A DNA stretch of 64,000 nt, taken from assembly GCA_951406725.2 (NCBI GenBank), contig OX597814.1, forward strand, positions 199,640,001 through 199,704,000. The letters are read 5' to 3'. The first letter of the stretch is position 1, and each line of letters opens with the position of its first letter. Below the pieces are notes generated by a model. The model was not told where the DNA came from and made no database searches. It saw only the letters and a program-made list of their open reading frames with translations. Origin of the DNA: Octopus vulgaris. Taxonomy: Eukaryota. The position numbers and the translations under genes are program-made. Shown here in pieces: positions 40,285 through 54,265 of this stretch.

Positions 40285-40380
40285 GTGGCACCTTGGCCAA
40301 GTGTCTTCTACTATAGCCTCGGGCCAACCAAAGCCTTGTGAGTGCATTTGGTAGTCGGAAACTGAAAGAAGCCTGTCGTG

Positions 40381-40412
<32 letters not shown>
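40285..40412 (+). mobile_element. SINE family A fragment
   Basis: GTGGCACCTTGGCCAAGTGTCTTC..AAGAAGCCTGTCG. Confidence 0.8.
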
Positions 40413-40422
<10 letters not shown>

Positions 40423-40665
40423 ATTTAGGGTATCTACCAGATACCGCCAGGCTGAAAATAGCAGCCAAAATCTGACTCTAAAACCACATTAAATGTTCAT
40501 ACAGTACAAGGAGAGAAGACAAATAGACAAAATAAGACTAGTAAACAATTACTGGATAATTCCAGATCCCGGATTTCTGACTTTGCATTAGAAATGCTTT
40601 GCCTCATCAATGGAATATACACAGAAAGTAACATAAATACACACACACACACACACACACACATA

Positions 40666-40881
40666 TACTCTTTTTACTCTTTTACTTGTTTCAGTCATTT
40701 GACTGCGGTCATGCTGGAGCACCACCTTTAATCGAGCAACTCGACCCCAGGACTTATTCTTTTGTAATCCCAGTACTTATTCTATCAGTCTCTTTTGCTG
40801 AACCGCTAAGTAACGGGGACATAAACACACCAGCATCGGTTGTCAAGCAATGCTAGGGAGACACACAGACACACACACACA

Positions 40882-40919
<38 letters not shown>

Positions 40920-40968
40920 TACGACGGGCTTTTTTCAGTTTCCGTCTACCAAATCCACTCACAAGGCT
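40666..40968 (-). mobile_element. SINE family A, 5'-truncated
   Basis: 3' module plus internal microsatellite; followed by a (CATACGAATACTTACATATACGAAT)-(TA)n repeat to ~41160. Confidence 0.85.
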
Positions 40969-41009
40969 ATATATATATATATATAACATACGAATACTTA
41001 CATATACGA

Positions 41010-41060
<51 letters not shown>

Positions 41061-41077
41061 CGAATACTTACATATAC

Positions 41078-41121
<44 letters not shown>

Positions 41122-41232
41122 CATACGAATACTTACATATACGAATGTATACATACATATATATGCTCGTATGCAACACGACCAGTTTAAGTTGCCCGCT
41201 TCGTAATTCCTCGTGCGATATGGTTAAAAAAT

Positions 41233-41290
<58 letters not shown>

Positions 41291-42187
41291 TATTCAGAAA
41301 ATAAATTTCTTACAATGAGTGCAACATATGCTTCGAAATTTCGACTCGTTCCGAGCGTTCCTTTGTGAGTCACTGATTCATGATTCCTTGAGGCAATTCA
41401 GTTTCGGCTTAGTTTACGATGCAATAACGATTTTCCAGAGGTTTGCTTTTTCAAATGTTAAAATTTAGCGGTTTCAATACAAGCATTATTGTCTCTGTAA
41501 TTATGTTCTCTTAATGGTTCGGTTCGATAATGGAATCTACCTGTGTGTGGATTCCCACAAGATGATGCATTTCATAATATTAGTCACATTTCCAAGGAAC
41601 GTGTTCAACATTTTTTGTTTTTATTACAACAAATTATCAATTCTTTTTGGGGATGTTTTTGTTCGTTTGCTCACAGAATATTGGAAAGCCTTTTAAATGG
41701 ACTTAATTTTTATTAACTTTTAAATTGCCAGATAGAATATATAATTTATTTCATTCTTCTTACATTGAAATAACAGGAAGAAATGACGTATTAAAAATTA
41801 TAAGAGTGGACTAATAAACGTATTATGTCCTTTTCATTTCCATGCGAGCGTAGAAACAGAAAATCTTTCACTTTCTGCGTGCTTCATACTGAGTTTACTG
41901 ACGATGTATTATATCTTGCGATATAATTATCTCGCAAAGAAATTACATATATATCGGCTTGCAATGAATCTATAATGAACCCCTGGGTTCAGTCTGTACT
42001 TTACTGGGATTGTAATTTGATAGTTCAGTTGTTTTTGTGCTGGATTGCAGTTTCACTATTTGTGCAATACTTCTGTCCAATCATGAGAGTCAGGGTTCTT
42101 TGCGCCGTTTACCCGCTCTTGGTTCAATTTCATCACTTTGACATTCAGATCTCTGGGCAAAGGGCATATCATGTCTATATCCTTCTG

Positions 42188-42569
42188 TTTCTTTACTACC
42201 CACAAGGGGCTACACTGAGAGATGACAAACAAGGACAGACAAACGGATTAAGTCGATTATATCGATCCATAAAAGATGGAAGGCAAAGTCGACTTCGGCG
42301 GAATCTGAACTCAGAACATAGCGGTAGACGAAATACCTATTTCTTTATTACTCACAAGGGGCTAAACACAGAGGGGACAAACAATGACAGATAAACGGAT
42401 TAAGTCGATTACATCGACCCCAGTGCGTAACTGGTGCTTATTTGATCGACCCCGAAAGGATGAAAGGTAAAGTCGACCTCGGCAGAATTTGAACTCAGAA
42501 CGTAGCGGCAGACGAAATATCGCTAAGCATTTCGCCCGGTGTGCTAACGTTTCTGCCAGCTCACCGCCT
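42188..42569 (-). mobile_element. SINE family B dimer
   Basis: Two core units and one head. Confidence 0.9.
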
Positions 42570-44619
42570 TCCTCTGTATATAACGTTCATAGAGAGATAT
42601 CTGCCACCAACTAAACGCATTGTCCTTGTTCAACGATCTCCACCCATGTAGGGAATACATCCGTTGTAAGCAGACGTGTTGCTGTGCCACGCTGTGATTT
42701 CTTGAGTGTGCTGTGTTAATCACATTTACTACGTTTATGATCACTAGTGAGATCAGGAAAAGCATATTAATGTGCCAAATTTTAGAATTTTCGATAAACT
42801 TGAAGTTTTGAAATGCTGGCAGCCAAACCAACTAGATCCCATGTCGCCATAAAACGACGAACCACTGCCCGTCTGAAGATGTATCGAAAGTGGAGAATTG
42901 CAACACGTCTTACTCAGCTGGCGCCGAACTAAAACAAGCCCCGGACCGGTTGCAGTGCATTCATCTCAACAACGACCAGCCTTGTGGGGCAGGGGTTCGC
43001 ATCTGATTCCAACGCAACAGTTTACTGTTTGTTGTAGATGTATTTGTACTGTGAAGCTTGAGTGCTGTTGTGGATATACAATCGGCCAGCCTGAGCTAAT
43101 TTTAGGAGCTAACGCTTCGTTCGAGTGTTCGAATCCATACTAGCGACTTAACTGTATCAGCACTGTCGACAAGAGGCTGTTTAATTTGGGATTTCTGTCA
43201 GATGAGTAACAAGTAAAATGTTTCTTCTCTGAAGTATTCAAAATTGATAAAGGAAAAAAAATAAATACTAGAAACATGCCGTCCATGAAAAATTCGATTT
43301 TCTCTCTCAGCTTGAAACGAAAGTAACCAGATGATGTCAACATCCGTCCGCTAATTCTTGTTGCAGAAAGATAAAAAGAAATAATTTGATAAGTGAGTGT
43401 AAAAGGACGTTTCGCAATTACTGCCTATCGTTTGCGAAAACGAAATTGGCCTTAAGGCGAGGGAGATGGGGCAACGACTGAGTGGACTTCATACTTCACA
43501 TTATCTGATTCAGTGCCTCATGTTTCCGAGTTTAATCCCATCACTGTCAACATTTCTGTTCAAAAAAGTTCTGTAACTGCAAAGGAAACAAATTTGTAAA
43601 AAGAAAATGAAAGGAAAAAAACATACATACAACAAGAATTTCCGATTAAATCTCTTTTTTTTTTCAAGATTCTAATTTTTTTTTTTCTTGCCTGTGTAGT
43701 GTTTTGTTTTAGTCATCTCGATTTAAAGAGAAAAACAACTGCACTGATTGAAAAACCAGTCGGTTGTCATGAATTTCTGCATTAAGAAGGAACAAGCAGA
43801 AAGTGAGGTTTTGCGAAAATTGCGCAAACACAACCTGACCACAAAGACTTTTTTAAAATAATACAAATTCAACAATACCGTTTTATTTCTAGTTTTTGTA
43901 AAACAAAACAAGATATCTAGTCTTAAGACATCGATAAATTATTATTATTTCCATTTCAGAACCTTTTGATCAACTACAAACATTTTCATTCCGGATTTAA
44001 CACGAAGCCGTTAGTGTGTAAAATAACTTGCGCAACTTGCTACGTCGAGAGATACTCTTTTTAATTTAACAATTCTAAGGGAAATAATTGGCTTTACTGA
44101 GCTGAGGACTCAGCTCAATTGTGTAACCTGGGTGATGTTATTGACACCGTTTGTGTAACTGAGGAGCGAACGAACATTAATGGGGTGATTGCATGTTTGT
44201 TTACACTAATTATCATCGTTGCAATACATCATAACTTCGAAATTATCTGTAGTGAAGCCAGAATCCAGTGAGCCACGATGTCTGTAGAATTTTTCCATTT
44301 AACAATGATTGAAGTGATTAGTCCGGTACCGTCAGACATTTCTGAGATAATCAAATTGCACAACAACATGCTGCAATCAGTATTGTTGAACAACAATCGA
44401 ACAGAAGTTTTCCCCGTGTCCTTGTTTTAAATTACCTAATCAATGAATGTTGTAACTGAATCTTTCATAGTTCATTCTAATAGCTTAAAAATGGACGAGA
44501 ATACTGAAGAAATCAAGAAAGTTGGATAGTTATGGCTTAAATGCTGGTTGGACAATTAAACTTATTGATTCAGTATAATGATGCTGCCTTAAAAGGAGTC
44601 TAGCAATAAAGTATTAAAC

Positions 44620-44983
44620 TGGCTGTGTGGTAAGTAGCTTGCCTACCAACCACATGGTTCCGGGTTCAGTCCCACTGCGTGGCATCTTGGTCAAGTGTCT
44701 TCTGCTATAGCCTCGGGCCGGCCAATGCCTTGTGAGTGGATTTGGTTGACGGAAACTGAAAGAAGCCTGTCGTATATATGTATATGTATGTGTGTGTATA
44801 TGTTTGTGTGTCTGTGTTTGTCTCTCTAGCATTGCTTGACAACCGATGCTGGTGTGTTTACGTCCCCGTCACTTAGCGGTTCGGCAAAAGAGACAGATAG
44901 AATAAGTCCTGGGGTCGAGTTGCTCGACTAAAGGTGGTGCTCCAGCATGGCTGCAGTCAAATGACTGAAACAAGTAAAAGAGT
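44620..44983 (+). mobile_element. SINE family A
   Basis: Family head (slightly truncated) and 3' module. Confidence 0.9.
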
Positions 44984-45155
44984 ATATATGTATATTTAAA
45001 GGACAAAACCACTAGGTGGTCGGCTGTATGCTAGAAGTAGATCACCTACGATCAAACTACAAAGAAAAGAATGTTCTCTAGAGGAAATTCAGCGGACACC
45101 AGAACCATAGGCGGGTAAGACCGATGAAAATTGTATAAAAAAAAAACAGAATTAC

Positions 45156-45231
45156 TCACAGACTGGCGGTTTCGTCTATTAACAAATGAATCACTTATAT
45201 AATCCAATTGTCCGTAGACTCGTCAGTGCGA
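45156..45231 (-). ncRNA. Type I hammerhead ribozyme, complete catalytic core
   Basis: Helix I UCGCA/UGUGA; CUGACGA at 45226-45220; helix II GUCUA/UAGAC extended by further stems; GAAA at 45173-45170; short helix III AC/GU; GUC cleavage triplet at 45163-45161. Confidence 0.8.
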
Positions 45232-45282
45232 TCGTTCCACAGGTAATGTGATCACGGTGATATATATATATATATATATATA

Positions 45283-45585
45283 TCACCGTGACCGACCAGG
45301 TTATCAGATGTTGCTACACATCACTGGTCACAATGCGCTTCGAATTGTTTTAGCCTTCAAATGACGCCACCCCGCTGGCTAAGCGAGCAGGCCAACAGAA
45401 GAAAGTGTGAGAGAAAGTCGTGACGAAAGAGTACAGCAGGTATCGCCACCACCCCTTGCCAGAGCCTTGTGGAGCTTTAGGTGTTTTCGCTCAATAAACA
45501 CTCACAATGCCCTGTCTGAGAATCAAAACCGCGATCTTATGACCGCGAGTCTGCTGACCTAACCACTGGGCCATTGCACCTCCAC
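45283..45585 (-). mobile_element. SINE family C variant
   Basis: Head matches 18841-18960; different 3' half ending in (TA)n. Confidence 0.85.
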
Positions 45586-45779
45586 TATATATATATATAC
45601 AAAATAAGAAAATGGAGAAATACATCTAAATCATTTATCAACTACCAGATAATACCCAATCATATACTTTATTAAACCACTACATAAGAACATTAGGGTT
45701 AAACATAAAAATATATAACAAAACAGCGTACATGAATGAGTAATACAATACAAAAAGTACAATCATTATAAGAGGGTAT

Positions 45780-45850
45780 AAATAAATAAATATAAATAGA
45801 TATAAAATATATACATATATATATATAAATAGATATAAATATATATAAAT

Positions 45851-45889
<39 letters not shown>

Positions 45890-45922
45890 TAATATATATA
45901 AATAGATATAAAATATATATAT

Positions 45923-45985
<63 letters not shown>

Positions 45986-45990
45986 AATTT
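45780..45990. repeat. (TA)n-rich microsatellite
   Basis: Directly visible. Confidence 0.95.
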
Positions 45991-46789
45991 TCTGTCAAAC
46001 ATATTGCTAAAGTTGTTTTGTATTTTGTTGTGGGGTTTTTTTATGAAATTATTTGGAACGCAAGCAGTTTCTTCTGAAGACATAAGGAGCCAGAAAAAAA
46101 TCTGTCAGTGAAGTTTCTCTGTGGGGCCACAATATAATGAGCAACTAAGATGAGACACTAGAATGCACCAATTGATTTGCTATGCATGTGGTAATTTGAG
46201 TAGAAAAATGTATGCTTAAAGCATAAACTATTTATTGTTCTTTCTCAAATAATAATAAAAAAATATATCAGCTCTTGAAAAGAAAACACATGTTTGAGAA
46301 TCATTTAAAAAACAAATTTTTTCTTGTGGTAAATATTCAGTTTAACCATCATTAAGTGTTTGTTCAATTATGACATAGATCAATAGATCAGTAATTATCT
46401 ATAAAAAAAAAATTTTAGATCCACCCATAATTATTTTACTATGTTTCTTCTGCCGCAACCTTTTCAAAGTTATAATGTTACTATATAAAGTTGCCATAGC
46501 AATCGCCAAAGAAAATATTTCTTCGTGTGTTTCTTAGGAACTAGAAGCATATCTTAAATGTCTTTAGACAAATCAGGCAGTTCTTTGTCCTGTTATTGTT
46601 TTAAATATTCCTCGTTTATCCAGCTGAATTTCATTTTGTAACGAAATACTAATTGCCGTATCATCTTTTACTTTAATTTTTTCTTTTGAGAAAATCTCAT
46701 CAATGTGTTTACTTTCTATTCATCCAAAGTAGAGAATATCATAAAACATATCACAAATAATAAACATGATAACAGAAAAATATTGTTTT

Positions 46790-47150
46790 ACTCTTCTTCT
46801 TCTTCTTTCATTTCTTCTTTCATTTCTTTTTCTTTCACTTCTTCTTCTTTCTTTCACTTCTTCTTCTTCTTCTTTCACTTCTTCTTTCACTTCTTCTTCT
46901 TCTTTCACTTCTTCTTTCGCTTCTTTAATTTCTTCTTCTTTCACTTCTTCTTCTTTCACTTCTTCTTCTTTCACTTCTTCTTTCATTGATTCTTCTGTCA
47001 CTTCTTCTTCTTCTTCTTTCACTTCTTCTTCTTCTTTCACTTCTTCTTCTTCTTTCACTTCTTCTTCTTCTTTCACTTCTTCTTCTTCTTTTACTTCTTC
47101 TTCTTTCACTCCTTCTTCTTCTTCATCTTCTTTCACTTCTTCTGCTACTT
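46790..47150. repeat. (TTC)n-based minisatellite, unit TTCAC(TTC)n of 15-18 nt
   Basis: Directly visible; reads EEEVK/EEEEVK on the minus strand. Confidence 0.92.
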
Positions 47151-48371
47151 GTTTTTGCTTTCCCTTATCCTTTTCTTTCCATCCTTCTCTTAAAACCATT
47201 CTAATCTTTCTCCCAGCGCTTCTCCTTGACTTCTTGTTTCAGATATTTCCACATGTTCTCTCATCATCACTCTCCTTCATTTTCCCTACCACTAAGTTCT
47301 TCTACGTTTTCGCTCCATTCTCTTTCCCTCTTTCATCATCCATTCCTGGAACACAACGATAATGGATTACTACCTTTTACGTTAATTCCCAATGTGGTTT
47401 CTATTAACGCTAAATAATAATAATAAATTCCAATCCACTTATATTAGTGTGTGATTGTCGTCATTAGACATTTCACATTCACTCCCCGTTATCCTTTCTC
47501 AAATATACTTCCGTTGCTTTTGTTTTGTTGCTTCCCAGAACAGTTCTCCTCTTTATATTTATTATCTGAAAAAAAAAAATATGATCTGAAAATTAATCTG
47601 GTAATACAATTGATGACAACATCTAGAACAACCTGGATTGGTGCCAAACTGTTTTATATGACAAGGCCAGCTATTTGCACCCCGCCAAAAAATTAACCAA
47701 CTTTGATTTTCAAAATCAAAATGTTTTAGAGAAAAAAATAAAATAGAAATTTGAAATCACTGAATTTATTTTAAAAAGCAAAAATAATACCAGTCTTTGA
47801 TCAATTGTTTTCAAATACAAAATACAAAAAATATTAGCACACAAATCATTTTGACAGTGTGTTTAGTTGAATGCATTTTTCTGTCAGGACAATATAAAAT
47901 TAAAACCTTTTTCCTTCTCACATACCTCTTCAGGTTAATTGATGAAACCAATCCATTATCACAGCAATAAGCAGAGAAGTAAACAAAAATCGTTGTTAAA
48001 AATGTAACTTCTTTGGCAGAGGAATTCTTGTGAATTGAGTTGTTAATATTTGTCATTTGTTTCAAGTCTAGATGCATCAAAATCTCACTTACCATGCTTT
48101 GAATTTGTAGAATTTATCACCAATTGAATCAAATAAATTGCTATTGATTGGGCATGCTCAATTGATGTAAATGCCTAGGAACTATTTTCTTTGTACAACA
48201 TTGTTGAACATATATGTTATTTTATAAATTTGTACTATGATAAACTTAGCTCACCATTAGCCAGTGGTACCAATTGTGTGAGAGGATCACTAGAGAAATG
48301 GAAACATTGGATACATTACCCAGGAATTTGTTGTACGAAGAAACATGATCCTTGTGGTGGTACAGACATTA

Positions 48372-48795
48372 TAGGGCAGCGAGCTGGCAGAAATGTTAGC
48401 ACGCCAGGCGAAATGCTTAGCGGTATTTCGTCTGCCATTACGTTCTGAGTTCAAATTCTGCTGAGGTCGACTTTGCCTTTCATCTTTTCGGGGTCAATAA
48501 ATTAAGTACCAGCTATGCACTGGGGTCAATATAATCGACTTAATCCGTTTGTCTATCCTTGTTTGTCCTCTCTGTGTTTAGCCCCTTGTGGGTAGTAAAG
48601 AAATAGAAATAGGTATTTCGTCTACCATTACATTCTGAGTTCAAATTCCGCAGAGGTTGACTTTGCCTTTCATCCTTTCAGGGTCGATAAATTAAGTACC
48701 AGTTACGCACTGGGGTCAATATAATCGACTTAATCCATTTGTCTGTCCTTGTTTGTCTTCTCTGTATTTAGTCCCTTGTGGGTAGTAAAGAAATA
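48372..48795 (+). mobile_element. SINE family B dimer, CpG-decayed
   Basis: Bounded by a perfect 13-bp TSD GGTACAGACATTA at 48359-48371 and 48796-48808. Confidence 0.92.
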
Positions 48796-49548
48796 GGTAC
48801 AGACATTAGAAGCCATTCATCTACTGCTTAGAGTTAGCAATTTACTGGATTATGTCAAGGACCTTATATTCTATATTGACTTGCTTTTTGGTGGTGAGGA
48901 GCCATTTAATGGTATTTGTTATAACATTTGACAATGGAGATTCATAATTAGCAATTCTTTTTCTTCATGTTGTCCAAGAAAAACTTCTCTCATAAAAGCA
49001 CATCCTTTAGTGGAACAAATCTCCAAAAATGTTCTTTTACGATACTTTCAGGCTCAAATATTTCATTATCTGATCGTTTGATTGCACCAACAAAATACAT
49101 AATCATTGTAATTTTCACAATATAACCAGTAGCAGCTGAGCTGTCCAGAATAATTGAAGAGCAGAGTTTGTATGTGTCAAAGCTACTTTATATAAGCTAC
49201 TTGCTAAATACTGCAGAAATTCATTTTGAATATTCATTAACTCATGAAAGATCAAAAGGGGCCAAATATTCTAAAAAGTGTAGAATAAGAAAAAATTCCA
49301 TTAATAGCACTGTAACTTTTAATTTGTATCACAAAATGGTAAATCTGGCATTTTTCTGACAATGGTCATTGAACTTTGCACAGTTGTCAATATTATCCTG
49401 GCTTAATTTTTAGCTGGTCTTAACATCACTTCTTTATCCTTTAGGTAAATGTATTTTAAGTTCATCCCAGGTCTGTTAGTTTTCTAAACGGTCAACATTC
49501 CATATTTCTGAAGGAAGAGTTGATCTATTGTTCTTCCAGACTTCTGAG

Positions 49549-49685
49549 CTTATTCTTTGTAAGCCTAGTACTTATTCTATCGGTCTCTTTTGCTGAACTG
49601 CAAAATTACAGGGACGTAAACACACCAGCATCGGTCATCAAGCGATGTTGGGGGGACAAACACAGACACATGAACATATACACAT

Positions 49686-49734
<49 letters not shown>

Positions 49735-49900
49735 TATACAACAGGCTTCTTCCAGTTTCCATCTACCAAATCCACTCACAAGGCTTTGGGTTGCCCAAGG
49801 CTATAGTAGAAGACACTTGCCAAAGGTGCCATGCAGTGAGACTGAACCCATAACCGTGTGGTTGGTAAGCAAGCTACTTACCAAACAGCCACTCCTGCGC
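49549..49900 (-). mobile_element. SINE family A, CpG-decayed
   Basis: Family head and part of the 3' module. Confidence 0.88.
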
Positions 49901-51850
49901 AAAAGAAAAATCACTTGTTTTCTGAGCAAATCTTGAGGAAAATTATGTGGTTTGTGTTGTACTATAAATTGCCATGAATTATCACTGTAAAGATGGGGTC
50001 AGTTAACAGCCTCTGTAATTCAAGCCTGGCATGACATTATCATCTTTAACAGACTTTCTACTATTCTCAATTTTCTTAACACAATCTTTTCCTTCTGTGT
50101 TTATCAGATATGTCTTCAATTCGTGAAACTTCTGTCCACAGATTGTCGTTTATTTTTTTTTTTTTTGTTGGAACTCTACATTCAACTTCCCCAGTCAAAG
50201 TTTAACAACAAAAGTTTTGTTCTTGATTTGTTTCCTCTACACAAAAGTATTTCAAGAAGAACTCTTCTTACTTCTTTTGTTCCTTTTTTATTTTTCTGCC
50301 TTTCTCTCAAATATGATTAATAAAAAAGCAACAGCACTAGATTTCATTACCACAAGTCACTAGAAAACTAAAAATAAAATACGACATCATTGTACATAAC
50401 TGAGAACAGGTAGTTTTATTTTATTTCTAAATAAATATATAATGTGATTGCTTTTGAGAGTCAGCATTATGTGTCTCTGAACTCTGTATGCAAGCCAAAT
50501 TCTTAGTTAGCCTAACAGTAACACTGGCCCTGATAAGAAGGATATAGTTTTATAGATATTTTTGTTCAAATAACAAAGAAAATTGATATTTACTGAGCAG
50601 GTACAAAAACAATTAAAGTAAAACTATTCAAAAGATGAATTCAGATACTGAAATACAAGACAACCGTCAGAAACTTTTGTTTTCAACTGCTTATTTTAGC
50701 AGATTAAATTATATACCAGAGACAATTATTTCTACCTTATAAAAGGGGAAAATATATAGTATATTTTTGGATTTAGATTGTCCTTTTAAAATAATTGTGT
50801 CCTCTATTGCTTTATATACGAAAAAAATTCAATGTTTATGATTTACCTAATTACTTCATCACTGCTTCCTAGCAAATCAATTAAATGACATCTAGAAAAG
50901 CTTGTACTAAGATGAGTAATTATTTCAAAAACTCCTTTTTGAAATCAGATATCTGCAGTTAAAACAAATTACTTCTTTAGTAGTTCGGATTTACAAGCCT
51001 TTGCCTCAGCCTTTATGCAAGAAAAAAAAAATAATAATTAGTTAGAGGTTCCCTTTGTTCAAAACATATATACACCCAATGATAATATTAGAAAAAAATG
51101 GCTTTTGTTGTAATATGATATAAATCAATATTTATTAATCTCATGCAATTGCAACAAACCTTGTTAATGGCTTCGTGTTTGTAGTCAAATGTCTCCATCA
51201 GTGAATGATTATCCTGTTTGACTTTAATGGACGAGAAAATGAGAGAAAATGTAACTTGCATAATTTGATTTGGAGCAGAGAAACAGAATACTCCAACCAA
51301 GGATCAATTCTCTCTCACTGATTTAGCTGACTGAACTTGGGAAAAACATTCAGGTATTCACCGTTTTAAAAATCACGCAGGTAAACATAATTGTAGTTAC
51401 ATATAAGAAACTTGGAAAAATTAGGCTCTATGAAAATGTTGTAGTGTATCTTGTTTAGTGTTGGATATTAATATATTAATATGCTTTATACACACTTTTG
51501 ACAAGTTGTGGTACACCTGATCACTGTATACAATAATTTCATTATTATTATTATCATTATTATATCTATCTCCTTCGAAAGAGAAATAAAAGTTAATATT
51601 TTGCTTTGTATAAAGTGGTGAGCTGACAGAGCCAGTAGCATTCTAGGCAAAATACTCACTGGCCTTTCATTCATCTTTACTTTCTGAATTCAATTTCTAT
51701 CAAGGTTGAATCTGTCCTTCATCTTTTCAGGGCCAATAAAACGGTACCAGCTGAACAATGGGGTCAATGTAATCAATTATCCCTGTCCCTGAAAATTTCT
51801 GGCCTTGTGCCGATCGTAGGAAAAGAATATTTTGCCTTATAGGATAAGAT

Positions 51851-52167
51851 TATTATTTTTATTTATGCGCCCTTTTCAAGCCTAGCCAGGCTCATGGGCC
51901 CGGTTTACCGGTTTCTATGGTGTATGGGTTCCCCCAGGTGGATGGACACCAGTCCATCACAGCATTACTCAAGAAACAGGAAGAAAGAGTGACAGAAAGT
52001 TGGGGCGAACGAGTACAACAGGGGTCACCCCCCACCCTGCCGGAGCCTCATGGAGCTTTTAGCTGTTTTCGCTCAATAAACACACACAAAGCCCGATCTG
52101 AGAATCGAAACCACGATCCTCCGACCACAAGTCCGCTGCCCTAACCACTGGGCTATTGCGCCTTCAC
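51851..52167 (-). mobile_element. SINE family C
   Basis: Colinear with the reverse complement of 18841-19154. Confidence 0.88.
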
Positions 52168-52857
52168 ATAGTGTTAGATAGCTCAGATAAATTAGTACGT
52201 AAAAACATATGCATCTTTATCAAAGGATGATAAGTTCTGTGCAGATAACTTCTGCTCTTGTTAACAACATTGTGGTTTTTCCTATTAGATATGGCTGTAT
52301 ACATTGGGCTGTACCCCAGGTAAAGTTCGTCAATCTAATTATCCAAGTCAATTTAGAGAAAAATCAGGTTTCCTTCTTCCATTGTTGTCACGTGGTTGTC
52401 TGTATGTAGATAATCCATTTGTGGAAATAATTGTTCCTACAATACGAAAAATCCGAATGTTTGCAAAATAATATCAAGCATTCCATTGAAACTACTGCTT
52501 AATAAGAATAGTAAACAAGACAAAGAGTATTTTGAAGTATGGTTTAACAAAACAGTCAATATTCTTAAATATGTTTACCAAGCTTTGAGTTAGAAGCTAC
52601 AACCTGTTCGATACAGCTGCAATTGCTGGCCATTAATCCAGAACATTGGTTCTTTCACAACATTTGTAATTCTATGTACTATAGTCAGTCAATACAGTAC
52701 ATACACATTGACAAGATTGATATAATGTAAACGAGTGTCAGAGAATCTTTTCCTTGTTTACTGAAGCAAGGTCAAAACCCAGTGACTGGAAGTCGAAATA
52801 TGTTATTGAAATTTGATGAGTTATTAATTATCTTGTTTTTTTTTTTTTACACTCATA

Positions 52858-53156
52858 GGCGTAGGAGTGGCTGTATGGTAAGTAGCTTGCTTATCAACCA
52901 CATGGTTCTGGGTTCAGACCCACTGCGTGGCACCTTGGGCAAGTGTCTTCTGCTATAGCCTCAGGCCAACCAAAGCCTTGTGAGTGGATTTGGTGGATGG
53001 AAACTGAAAAAAGTCTGTCGTATATATGTATATATATGTATATTTGTATGTGTATATGTTTGTGTGTCTGTGTTTGTCCCTCCAACATCGCTTGACAACC
53101 AATGCTGGCGTGTTTACGTTCCCGTAACTTAACTCTGAGAATGTAATATATATATG

Positions 53157-53208
<52 letters not shown>

Positions 53209-54265
53209 CGCAGGAGTGGCTGTGTGGTAAGTAGCTTGCTAACCAGCCACATGGTTCCGGGTTCAGTCCCACTGCGTGGCATCTTGGGCAAGTGTCTTCT
53301 GCTATAGCCCCGGCCCGACCAATGCCTTGTGAGTGGATTTGGTAGACTGAAACTGAAAGAAGCCTGTCGTATATATGTATATATATATATATGTGTGTGT
53401 TTGTGTTTGTCCCCCTAGCATTGCTTGACAACCGATGCTGGTGTGTTTACGTCCCTGTCACTTAGCGGTTCGGCAAAAGAGACCGATAGAATAAGTACTG
53501 GGCTTACAAAGAATAAGTCCCGGGGTCGATTTGCTCAACTAAAGGCGGTGCTCCAGCATGGCCGCAGTCAAATGACTGAAACAAATAAAAGAGAAAGAGA
53601 AAGAGATATGTTTATTTGTATGTGTATATGTTTGTGTGTCTGTGTTTGTCCCTCCAACATCGCTTGACAACCAATGCTGGTGTGTTTACGTTCCCGTAAC
53701 TTAACTCTGAGAATGTAATATATATATGTATATATATATATATATATATATAGGCGCAGGAGTGGCTGTGTGGTAAGTAGCTTGCTAACCAGCCACATGG
53801 TTCCAGGTTCAGTCCCACTGCATGGCATCTTGGGCAAGTGTCTTCTGCTATAGCCCCGGGCCGACCAATGCCTTGTGAGTGGATTTGGTAGACTGAAACT
53901 GAAAGAAGCCTGTCGTATATATGTATATATATATATATGTGTGTGTGTGTTTGTGTTTGTCCCCCTAGCATTGCTTGACAACCGATGCTGGTGTGTTTAC
54001 GTCCCTGTCACTTAGCGGTTCAGCAAAAGAGACCGATAGAATAAGTACTGGGCTTACAAAGAATAAGTCCCGGGGTCGATTTGCTCGACTAAAGGCGGTG
54101 CTCCAGCATGGCTGCAGTCAAATGACTGAAACAAATAAAAGAGAAAGAGAAAGAGATATGTATATTTGTATGTGTATATGTTTGTGTGTCTGTGTTTGTC
54201 CCTCCAACATCGCTTGACAACCAATGCTGGTGTGTTTACGTTCCTGTAACTTAACTCTGAGAATG

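Noticed and set aside
41320-41400. Hammerhead-like GACTC..GAGTC-GAAA on the minus strand next to (TA)n
   Set aside because: No CUGANGA and no valid helix III or cleavage triplet. At best a heavily decayed remnant; the adjacent 41.4-42.2-kb PLE-like motifs are too weak to call.
45252-45292. Hairpin TCACGGTGA-(TA)n-TCACCGTGA
   Set aside because: The right arm is the tail of the adjacent SINE C variant and the stem is mostly self-complementary (TA)n; likely an insertion by-product.
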